From Paraglomus brasilianum (lineage: Eukaryota), in the NCBI GenBank assembly GCA_910592345.1, contig CAJVPI010000294.1, positions 1 to 36,327 of the forward strand: a stretch of 36,327 nt of DNA, given 5' to 3'. The position numbers and the translations under genes were made by a program. The notes under the pieces were generated by a model. The model saw only the letters and a program-made list of their open reading frames with translations, was not told where the DNA came from and made no database searches. Position 1 is the stretch's first letter. Each line of letters begins with the position of its first letter. Below are positions 10,334 through 21,472 of the stretch, piece after piece.

Positions 10334-13300
10334 TTACTTGCTCCTTCTTTTCAATCCTTGAGGGTCGCTATCACCGCTGCCATTATCCGCGTCATCTTTA
10401 TACGGTTGAGTACCCACCTCTGATGGGACGTCCCTATGATCCGTCTCATCTTCACTGTCTCCAAAGTGATCCTCATCTTCATCGCCTATATCATACAGAG
10501 GAGTCTCAATGACAAGTTCCTCCCTAAAAACATATTATAAATAGATACAGCGTTAGTGTTGATATCGTTGGTCATCACTGCTATTAAAAAGTTGTATGTA
10601 CGCACAATTCGTTGCTTTCATAGTCGACAGCCTTAATTGGTTGACCTGCATTTTTCTTAGTATTAAGATATTTGCGTCTGAATACAAATGCTCCAATCCC
10701 AATCAGGGCACAAATAATGATAATTAAGGTTGCTGTCCCACTGTGAATAGTAAATAGTATTAATCAGTTCTATCAAGTGATGGTCCTGTGAAAGAAAAAC
10801 AAACACGTGAACATACGCGTTGTAATATCGATCCCACATTTCGTCGTTTCCGCCATCACCGTCATAATCATCGTCGTCATCAGTAGGAGCACCCGGTGGT
10901 GTAATAACCAATTTCTATTTAAAGAAGATTATATTAGATCTCCTTGACCGCGAAAGATTGCAACAAATACAGCCGCATACATCATCTCCGAGACTAGATG
11001 GAGGCCCCAAATCCGAATATGTATAATTAAAGCCCAAGAATCTATTAATCATATCAGTTGCTACTGCTGGACGGTCATATCCAACCATGTGACTGGCATC
11101 GTATATAGTCGCCAAATGCAGGCCGCGAGCTATCTTCCAATCACCGACAAGTGTGCCGTTGACATGCCAGTCAGCAGCAACTGCACCCTTTATATTATTT
11201 AAGAGATGGATTATGAGTAACGACACGGTATTTGACAAGAATGCACTCAATGCTATAATGTAGCCTTCATACCTTGAACCCTGTATCACCATTCCATTCT
11301 AATGAATCGATCATACTCTGCGTCCCGTTAATATTGCATATTAAATCTTTATTACCACTGTAAATATCGACGAGTCAGTACGCATATGAAATCATATATA
11401 GCAATAGTCAACTGAACATTACCTGAAGAGTAAAACCGGAATATCTTTTAATATATCAGGTAAAAGCTATATCCGCAGGAAACTCATGTAGGTTAAGATC
11501 ATTAAGATTAAGTCAGAGCAAAATTATAACAATGTCCAACACTCACAGTAACGGACGGAGGACTGGGATCATTGTCCAAGGCCGTCCCAACAGCGCCACT
11601 ACATTCAACCCAGCCTTCCTGTTTGGCATGAGCATTTATAGCACCAATTACATCTGGTCTCTGAAAGAAAATCTCTTGTTAACTCCTGCCGCGTACAAAT
11701 ATACATGGGCTATGAATAGTTTCTTATGTACCCTCAAATAGCTCGTTATATTCTTCAGTTCGTTTGGCCAATTCATACCACAAGCCGGATAAGTATCACG
11801 TAAGCGAATGTCATACTGGTTAACACAAGTCTTTCGACCATCTTCACTATGAGCGTTGTAATAACAGTTAGTAAACAAATAATAGTCTCTCGGCGCTTGA
11901 ACTACTTTAAACGACTTACATCTTTGTAGTACTATCGAGAATATCTTGTAATATCATTTCACAATCAGGCTCATGAATATATACTTTTGTTTTTTGTAAT
12001 CTTTGGCAATTTTCAAGAGTTTTCTTGACTTTCTCCTGTTAAAAGGTAATGTTTACGTTAAACTTTTGCAATGACTAATGTATTTGATGCTGAACGATAG
12101 TATTTCAGGGTACTATATGTGAATATACCTTTGCTTCTCCCTCAATAAGACCATTAATGTCAGCAAATGAATAGTATGCTTCATACTAGAGCAAAAAATG
12201 ATTCAATACGAGAAAAATCATCCGTACTCAAGCATTATAGTATAAATCCATTCTAAATACCTGAGCAACAGGGTCAATCCACCCGTTGCCAATAGCAATC
12301 CCTTTTAGATCATACTGCAACATGAAGTTGTACACGAAAATTAGTAAGATCATACAATTTTGTGACTACATTTATATACATACTATTAAATCTATCTGTG
12401 TTGTCTTTTTCTTGTTCCTCTTTAGTATAGCTGAAGCAAAGTACGGGATGTAAACTCCAGCATAACTTTCTCCAGTGATATAAATCTAAATGTGAATAAA
12501 GCTCCGTCAGTGCTCTGATCGTATTTAACAAGACACGTTGCTATTGATATTACCTCATCACGAGAATATTCTGGGAATACCGCGAAAAACTCGTCAAGAA
12601 ATTTCATAAAATGGTCAGTAATCTAAAAAAAAATATCGTGATACACGTTAGCAATAATAATAATAATAAAAAAAAAAAACATGTCTCGCAAGCAAAGTGT
12701 AGGAAAACAACGTACCTGTGTCATATTTGATACGTATCCGTTTGTATCTACCGTGCTAAATCCAGTTCCCACCGGTTGATCAACTAAATATCAAGCGTTG
12801 TGGAATAAGAGATGAAAAACTATTCGTTGTGCCAAGTATACTCTAACGAAATATCCAAAGCAAAATTTCTTTGTACCATATAGAACATTTGCAAACATAT
12901 CCCATGATCCGTACTCTGGTCTAAGAGTTAGATCAGCATTCATGCGCCATGGACCAACTTCGAGAAACAAGCCATCCATGCTACAAAAGCATGAAAAGAT
13001 ACTGTAAATGTCGATAGATCAAAAAACATTTCACTAATAAAACTGCCCGTATCTTACCTTGAGCTACGTGATTAGAAATATGGTAATCGAATTTTTAGAA
13101 TTATAAATACACCATTAGCGTTTTGTTTTTTCCTTGTCCTTTGTATTCCAAAAAACCTACCATCCAGGACCTATTTATACAAAAAATCGTACAAGTATAT
13201 TAAGATTCAACCGAAAATTTGCACTCGAGAAATCTTGTTGAATAAATCGCATCAACTACCTCCATTAAGCCAAATAACCTAAGCCCGTGTCAAGAAAATA

Positions 13301-13758
13301 AACATGTGTTAGAATGAATAAATGTAATCATGTCCATACAAATACTTACAAACTTTCTTTTCTCAGCGATGTGACGATTGTGTATTAGCCAGAAGAATAT
13401 ATTCCCGTTTATAGACTCATCAATTAGAATATGACTGGTATGCAAAGAATCAACAAATTAGTATCATAGCATACTAATTGGCTCTATGCACTAGGAGATC
13501 GCAATCACTTTCAATTCTCACCCAGCATGCTGCACAATACCCGCGTCATCTGAAAGCCCAGGCAGACTTCTAACATAATAGTCGGCAGCTACAACAAAAG
13601 AGTAGTGTCAACAAGTACATAATAAATAGAAACATAAAACTTTCCAGACAACGTCCGTGCATCCTACCACTCTTTCTCTTGTCCTCTGGATCTCCATACA
13701 CGAAAACGCCAAGAGCCAGCAAGACAAAAAGTGCTGATCTCACTAAAATATTCCACAT
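10334..13758 (-). CDS. KEX1: Kex1 pheromone/toxin-processing serine carboxypeptidase (peptidase S10), highly intron-split
   Basis: Signal peptide [76 protein letters not shown]; catalytic-Ser motif [25 protein letters not shown]; catalytic-His motif [10 protein letters not shown]. These are followed by an acidic linker, WDRYYNA, a TM helix ([23 protein letters not shown]) and an acidic tail. Stop at 10334-10336. Confidence 0.93.
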
Positions 13759-13983
13759 TTTTTGTACAGACAAGAAGCTATCAAACTGAAACCGAAAAGG
13801 GTTGTGAAATATGAAAAATTTAAAACCTATTGTATGATTGGATAGCGAGTTTTTAAACTATGTCCATGACAAAACTTCCCTAACCTATTCGCTAGTAAAT
13901 TTCGAAACGAACATTAGCTCGATCATAATAATAAAACGAAAAAGAATCATCTCAGTCGGTTCAGCCGCGGGTCAGGAGATGAT

Positions 13984-14056
13984 CGCCCAACGTGGGGGTC
14001 GAACCCACAACCTTGAGATTAAGAGTCTCACGCTCTACCGATTGAGCTAGCCGGGC
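13984..14056 (-). tRNA. tRNA-Lys(CTT): tRNA-Lys (anticodon CTT), intronless
   Basis: Minus strand GCCCGGCTAGCTCAATCGGTAGAGCGTGAGACTCTTAATCTCAAGGTTGTGGGTTCGACCCCCACGTTGGGCG: 73 nt, complete cloverleaf, A and B boxes, anticodon arm TGAGA-CT CTT AA-TCTCA. Confidence 0.98.
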
Positions 14057-14849
14057 AAACATACATACTTATATAGGACGATTTTAAATATAATAAACAA
14101 ACATTTAAAGCCGGAAAATAATGCAATACTTCAAAAACAATTTCCCCAAGCGTTTTAGCATAATAATAAACAACACTAGTATATACTGTATATACACTTG
14201 GGACACACAATTTTTTTATTACAAACGTTTTCTCACCATATAATTTTATTTTTTTTTGATAGAGAAAAATGCAAAGAAATAAAAAAAAAAGGGAAAAGAA
14301 AAAAGCCAAGTTGTGCAATATATATTTCCTCTGACTCTGCTAAATTTACAAGATATATCTCCTAAATGAATTAGGGAGACTTTTAATAATAATGTAGCCA
14401 ATGGGAAAAACTTTTACTCATCTTTCGTTATAACAGATGTCTAATCTCCATAATTCAAAAGAAGAGAACAAAGAAAATACAAGGTATAATAAGAAAGAAG
14501 GGATAAGTACGGAAAGAAAAAGTGTATAAAAGAAGAAAAATTAAAAGTGCATGAATTTTTAGTGTATTCGTTTCCATTGTCCTTCCAGTGTGATATATAG
14601 TTTATGTGCAAATAAGCGGAGAAATTACAAGAATGTCCTTAATTCCAGAATACTTTTGAAATGCCCGTGTTAATATAGTTTATAAGTAAAGATTGCAATA
14701 AAAGTGCTTGTGCTAGAAAGAAATGATTGAGAGTGAAAAGAAAAAAATTAAATGAAATTGCATTGTAAAAATGTAAGAAAAAAATTCGCTCCTATAGGCA
14801 TATTTTAATACTCTGCCAAAGTATTATATTTTTTCTCTAAATACACAAC

Positions 14850-16849
14850 TCACACCAATTGCGGGTCAAAACTAAAAGAATCTCGCCTCGTCCCATCAAA
14901 GAACGAATCTCTTCTCTCCTGCCCTAGCAAGAAACTTGCTGCGGAGCCTCTCCTTTCAAAATCAAATCTGTCTTGAGGCAAGAATGCTGACGAGATAGAA
15001 TCTCTTCGTTCCAAGCCGAGACAGGGCGAGTCCCTTCTTTCTGGCAAAAGACTGAATGCCGAATCGCGTCGCTCAAAATTGAAACAGGATGAAGAATTAC
15101 GGCGCTCGGAAACTATGCCATATGCCGAGTCACGACGTTCGAGAGAAGGGATAGAGTCTCGGCGATCGGTAGGAGTGGAGGAGGTCGAGGAACCAGTGTT
15201 GTTGTTATTGCTACGTACACCGAGAGGATTCTTTGAGAAACTAAGGCGTATACCACCTTTGACAGAGTTTGATAATGGGTTGCCGTACAATTCTGTCATT
15301 GCCTGGGTGGCATAATGAACGTCTTCAAACTCTACAAAGCACATTGGGCCATTCTGCTTGGTGCGGAAGCACATACGTTTGTATCCGGGACACTTTGAAA
15401 AGAGCTGTTTAAGCTCTTCCTCTGATGTATTCATTGGTAGATTACCGACATACAGAGTATTACAAGGAGGGTTCTGATCAGCAGGATTTGGTGTTCTGAA
15501 CGGAAGGTTTCCACCAACCGAAGGTGAAGATGCCACTGCAGAGGTGCTCAATGCCAGTTGTGCCATGCGATTGCTCAATTCATCGTTAGCAAACAATGGA
15601 TTCACGGGTGGCAACTTTTTAATTTCGACCGGCGTTGTCTTTGATACGTACAAATCTTCTCCGTCAATAAATCCTTTATTGCCATATCTCACGGTGTTAA
15701 CCAATCCTCTTGGCGCTCCAACCATTCCAGCAATAGCACCATTGCCAGCATCGAATGAACCCCTGGCTGAGAAGGTCCCATGTTCGTAAACCGGTGTCGT
15801 TGGCGTAGTAGGCGTATACACTCCACTCACGTCTGAATAGAGGTCGTATTGATATTCTGCAGCCAATAGTTCGTTTGGCAGTGCGTGAGCATACGGTGAA
15901 ACGAATGCATCGAATCCAGGTGCGCCAGTATTGATATTTGTTGGAGTCGGAAAGCGCTTGTTGGCGAGAAGAGGATAATTTAAAGGCGTGTTTTGATCAT
16001 TTGAGAGGCCGCGCTTGGTGTGAAGGTTTTTCTTTGCCATTTCTGCTTTAAGAACAGAACCTTTTTCGGCATCTACTTTGCGACCAGTGAGAATATTGCG
16101 TGCATCTACTGCCTCTACACGAGAACGGAATTTAGCAAAACCGATCTGGGATGATAAATAAACATATGTTGGTTAGTAAAAATGTTTGATTGCGCAGTAA
16201 GAGAAAAAATAAAAATAAAAATCAACAAATGTAACATCGACTCGACAAATGTACAAAAAAAAAAAGCTTTACAGGCTTGCGTGTATAACATGAAACATGC
16301 AATAATCTGCGAGAATGTTGTACAGTACTAACACAAGCTCACCCCCAAAACAATAGCTACTGAATACCAAGTACAAATATGGGCTAACAATGTAGTAGTA
16401 TTGATAATCTGGCATAATCTATATATTATAGTTTAGTATAATAGTCTACTCAATAGGCGTTGTACGGACAAGCCTATTGATAATTCAGATAACTGCCTGG
16501 AAAAGCGTTTCCGAGCCGATAACACAAGCAAGGACGCTCTCGACAATGTCAAAAATTGTGTTTCGCTCAACCCAAAGCACACTCTATCGACTCTCTTGAT
16601 CTTAAAATATCACTTTATAAATATACTCACGATTTGCTTGCGAGGGTTGTTTCCGGTATTATTTCCATTGGAATCATCATCGGATGAGTCCTTCTGCGGA
16701 ATTTTCAAGGTAGCCGCTTCAAAGCCAGGAGAGAAGATAAACATGTTCTGAAATTCACGCTCTTGCATGTCGTCAGGGAACCCGACAACGAAAATGGTGG
16801 AAATTTCCTCATTAATCATGGTGTTGTGTGATAGTTGAGTGGGATGCAT
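14850..16849 (-). CDS. scw1: Two-RRM RNA-binding protein of the Scw1/Whi3 (RBPMS/MEC-8/Cpo-related) family; exons 16849-16631 and 16145-14850
   Basis: RRM1: [36 protein letters not shown]...KQI|IGFAKF...[24 protein letters not shown]2: [18 protein letters not shown]...[44 protein letters not shown], the Whi3/Scw1 signature. The GTGAGT...CAG intron keeps the frame. Confidence 0.93.
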
Positions 16850-17814
16850 GGCGAGTGATAGTAAGAATATTATGTACAGAATGCAAGTATAATAATACGG
16901 GGAAAGCAGAAGGTAACTTCTAATTATGCAACTAGGCTATTAAAAAAGGGGGAAGAATGATGAAAAATTGGAGAGTTTAGTGATTAAGATAAAGTGTTTC
17001 TGTGTCCCAGTGAATAACGGGAAAGGAGAGAAATTTTAGCAGAAATAGTGGGTATTATTCAAGAGTTTGTTTCTCTTTTTCTTTTTTTCTTCTTCTTGAT
17101 TATGCAAAATAATTCTATTTCAAGAGAACATGAAGTAGTGGGTATAAAGTTGAAAGTTGTAGGTAATGTGATAAATACTTGAGAAATATTTATGGCAGAA
17201 TCTTTTGAGAGTGGTTTTGAGAATATATTGTGCTATGTACAATAAATCGTATGCCAGTTGGTTGCAAAGCGAGAAACGATAAAGTACAGTCAGTCTGTCA
17301 GACTTTCGATTAGCTACTTGTTTCCGAATTCTATTCGATCACAGTAAAGCAACCGGGACACTATTACGCTGACTGACACGGGGGAAAGGTTCGGTTGTTA
17401 TAAGAGCACAAGAAGCAATGGAAGAGTGCAAATGAAGACAGAGTGCGAACAAGTGAATATTGTATAGTGAATATGTATGGATATATGGGGTGTTGTAGAA
17501 TAGTGCAAAAGTCCAGGTGTGTAAATTAAAGTGTAATATTCGGAATGTATCTCTCGATATGTATGAAAGTGTATTGAATGTGTGTATTGAATGAGTTGGG
17601 TTTTCTGTGTGAGGAGAGAGAAAGAGAGAACCCGTGTGGGCTCCAAAGAGTGGTGAGAAGTCGGGGATTTTATTTGGAATGTTGTGGTAGTAAAAGGGGG
17701 GTGTATGTGTGCTTACATAAATTCCGATGAGACGCACCCTAGAAGAATGTGAGAGGGGGGGTAGGGGACGATAGTAGAGAGTTTGGGATGCGGGATGAAT
17801 ATCAATAAACACAT

Positions 17815-17900
17815 TGACGTCGACATCAACATCAACAACAACAACAACAACAACAACACAAGAACAAGAATAACAACAACGGCAATAACAACAACAATAA
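17815..17900. repeat. (CAA)n / (GTT)n low-complexity tract upstream of the RRM gene
   Basis: Direct reading: CATCAACATCAACAACAACAACAACAACAAC... Confidence 0.85.
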
Positions 17901-18194
17901 TGGGAAACAGTAGCTTGTAATAATTTGGGGGGGCAGCAATAATAATGGGCAGTCGGTTTGATAATGGAAAAGGGGAGGTTTCGTTCTGACAATTATTATT
18001 TTCATTGTTTATTGTAAGTCAGTTTATGCTATATTACGTAGTTACTGTTGTTTTAGCGAATTGACTTTTATCCACACACTCCACAAAAGGAAGTAATAAG
18101 TATCTCAAAGCGTCCACTGCTTGGAAAACTGGGAATAGCAGCAAACTTTAACTGCAACTGCAATACTGATAATCAAGTCTTAATATATTTTGAT

Positions 18195-18239
18195 ATTGAT
18201 ATAATTGATATAATTGATATAATTGATATAATTGATATA
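18195..18239. repeat. 9-bp tandem repeat (ATTGATATA) x5
   Basis: Direct reading. Confidence 0.9.
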
Positions 18240-19948
18240 GAAACATCTATAATAGTAAACAGGTAATAATAATTATTCATAATAAGCACCGTGACAATGA
18301 TGTTGACGATATAACCTTATATCACAATGACTGTACAGTCGCTCAAAAAAGTCCCTCCCCTTTTTCCTTCCCAACCCCATATCATGAGAACCCTCTCATG
18401 CGTTTCCTTCTCGCCTCTACTTGGAAGATGAATATTAGTATTGTTTATAACGGATGATTTATTTCATCAAAAACATTATTAGGTCTTTATTCTCTCGGTT
18501 GGGAGACAATATGACAATAAAATAACCGACATAACATTGTCCTTGGGGCAGAATGCCAATCATTAATAATTCGTATTACTAACTCCGAGTTACTGCTTAT
18601 TATTGGCATTTATTCCCAGCGCAAACACAGACAACATACAAACAATGGGAAGAAACCTATGCTCGAGTTTTACTGCATAGACTATTCGATAGCTTGGCGC
18701 CTGCTCGGCGACTCTTGTTACTTTGACTGGTTTGACCCTCAATCCTATTTAAAAAACCCTTCTTTTCTCTCCTCCCTTCTCTTCCTGTGTTACATATGTA
18801 GCTAAATATTAAGGCAGGATAGCAACATTGTGTTCAGATAGTACAGCCACACACTGCGCATAATGGCATACAATAGAATTGACGACAATATGAGAGAGCA
18901 GAGCAGCAAGCCATGACAATGGTATGGATATATCATAAGACATATTATAATAACAACATGCATAATATACAACATGTATAATTTACTTGCATAATAATAT
19001 GCTCGTATTCATCATTTTCTGCTGTATCCATCAGCCTCAAACGTACAGGAATATCATCTATATCTATCTATTATTACGTATTATTCTTAAAATAATCCCC
19101 CCCAAAACGGAAATGTAGTTCTAAAAATGACAAGAATAAACAAATTAAGCCATTAAAAATAGACGAGTAGAAAAAAAAAAAAAAAAGTACAGACGATAGG
19201 AATAGGGATTGGTATTCGAATGAATGAGGCAGATGGATTGGATAAGGCCCAATTACAATGTAACGACCCGACCCATTTGCACACACTCTCTACTCTTGTG
19301 CTTCCTGTATACGAATACAACCGTTGATGCAATATCGCCATCTCTCACTTTTTCCTTCACCCCTACCCAACCCATCCTTGTGTCTCGTAGATAAGGTTTA
19401 AGCTTACGATTCGGCAGCCCTATGTTCCGTATATTGTGGACGAACAACGACAGCAAGCACAAACGACGCAACAATGAAATAAGGGCAGTTAAAACCTCCA
19501 GGGGGAGGATAAACATCTGCATATTCATATTGTTATATTGTTGTTGTGGAACAATAGGCTGTATCACCACTTCCTTGTACGTTATAAATTTCAGGGCTGT
19601 GATCAAGTTACCGTTTTTATATTACTAAACAATTGTAGCAATCCCAATAAGGTACATGTGCAAGCAAATTCAGTTAGCAAAAACATCCAAGGAACTGGAC
19701 GTTTGTAACCGCCCTTAAAAAGCCATCTAGAACACAGATTGGTTTCTAATTTGTAATTTATTCATTTACCACACACGGGCTTTGATCTTGGTTTCGTGAT
19801 CGGGTTATACTGTACACAGATCAACAATCATGGACGTCTTTAAACCTGGTCATTAATGTTGCAAGTCTATCGATGTACATTGCTTGCTCTGAGTAAAGTA
19901 ACATCTTGGTTGCATATAAAATTAATCATGTTAATCTTTGGTATTGCA

Positions 19949-20006
19949 TTAAATGACTCGGATGGATTGCGTTAAATGACTCGGATGGATTGCGTTAAAT
20001 GACTCG
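19949..20006. repeat. 23-bp tandem repeat TTAAATGACTCGGATGGATTGCG, about 2.5 copies
   Basis: Direct reading; each unit carries TGACTC. Confidence 0.9.
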
Positions 20007-20684
20007 ACTGTGATATTAATCTCTGAATATCAATTTGCTAGTAGAACAAATGCAAATTGAATTGTAATAAATTATTTGTAATTGTTTCTAATTGGTCAAA
20101 AAGTTACACATTCTTATTATTATACCGTTCAGTTATTGTGTTGTGTCTTGGACAACGAGAATGAAAATAATCATTGAGGTATCCAACGGCTTTTTGAGCA
20201 ACTTGAGACTAATACACCAAATTTCTTTGCAGAGAATCTCAGACTGTTATTATGATGCAAATATTGGCTATTGTTCTTGTCTCTTACTTAACGTGCAGTA
20301 AACTTGGCAATTAATTGTTTGCGGAAGGCAGTCCATATAACTACGATTTTTATAGAGTCAAAAACGCGATCCACCCTTACTGGTTTTAGATCATCTTCTT
20401 TGTGAAAACCGTATCGATGCATTGGATAACGAATAAAGCCTCCGAGCTTACTATCTTGGAAGCAATACCGCTGATTGCGAGAGCCGAAAGACGCTCAAGT
20501 TTAATATCATCGTAACAGATGGAAGATTAGGATATCGGTGATTATTATGATGAATGAATATATCCTTAATCATGGAGATGAAAAGTCGACATTTTCACCC
20601 CGATGACCATATTCAATCATCAATGGACCGGTCATCTATACGATGATAGGAGGCAATTAGTAAACCATATGAAAAATCTTTTTA

Positions 20685-20904
20685 TTCGAAAATCTCTTAG
20701 TTTGTATACGTGTATACTATGTAAGTAGCAATGATTTAGGTATCGTTATGAAGTTGATTGCTTGTACTCGATGAGAGATAAGTTACCCATATGTTTTCGT
20801 ATACACTACACTTCATCTCCTTCTTCAGGCAATCAACTTTAAAACGATGCCTAATTATTGTTACCTATTGTACATGCTATATACAGACAACAGAGATTCT
20901 CGAA
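20685..20904 (+). other. Long imperfect hairpin (~220 nt); candidate structured ncRNA/milRNA precursor or decayed MITE
   Basis: Arms 20685-20764 and 20826-20904 are complementary over ~80 nt (e.g. TAGGTATCGTTATGAAGTTGATTGCTTG vs CAGGCAATCAACTTTAAAACGATGCCTA). Inner pairing continues (GAGATAAGT/ACTTCATCTC; ATATG-TTTT-CGTAT). Confidence 0.7.
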
Positions 20905-20988
20905 AGCATTCTGCCATTCAATTAACGCGAAGCGACAATGCGTCTTATATGAGAAAACAAGTCACATTTTAGTGTGACACTTTTTTGG

Positions 20989-21472
20989 TATCGCTTCGCC
21001 GCCCTCGACGCGCTTTTAAACGCATCACTCAAAGACGTAAAGAATTATTTTGATGACATTTTGTCGCTTAAATACTTTATAACCTGGGTTATCAATCAAG
21101 ATGATAATGTTGATTAAAAAGCGACACACGGCACTTTTCTATAAATGCTATGGGTTGTCAGCAACGACTCGGAGATTTCGTTAGAAAGCTTTTGCAAGGT
21201 TGGTTTATTCTTTTGAGGCGGGATTTTCTGCCGACTAACTTATTAGGGAAAGTATTAACATTTGCCATTTATGTCTCTTATAGTTGAGAACCCCTACCAA
21301 TGAAATGCCCTTGCTTAATTTTCGCATAACAAATGTATTCACTTCTGTTTTTCAATATTTGAAAAATGAAGAGTTGGGACATTATTTGCTTGAACTTCTC
21401 CATCAATACCACAGAACACTAATGAGCTCGAATTTCATAAATGGGAAAAGACAGCGATACGATAAGACTTGA
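20989..21472 (+). pseudogene. Possible decayed gene remnant
   Basis: Protein-like frame YRFAALDALLNASLKDVKNYFDDILSLKYFITWVINQDDNVD*KATHGTFL*MLWVVSNDSEISLESFCK with in-frame stops, then a GT...CTAAC...TAG intron-like segment (about 21199-21283) and a 62-aa ORF. No family identified. Confidence 0.25.

Noticed and set aside
13838..14318. ORFs overlapping the tRNA
   Set aside because: Chance frames through the tRNA and A/T tracts.
17339..17992. 217-aa ORF with poly-Cys, poly-Val and many His
   Set aside because: Non-ATG start; it is a product of the (GTT)n and CAC-rich non-coding sequence.
19074..19628. Several short ORFs upstream of the RRM gene
   Set aside because: Low complexity, no motifs or coherent exon structure.
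19949..20006. 23-bp repeats as a CRISPR array
   Set aside because: The units are contiguous with no spacers, and the context is eukaryotic.
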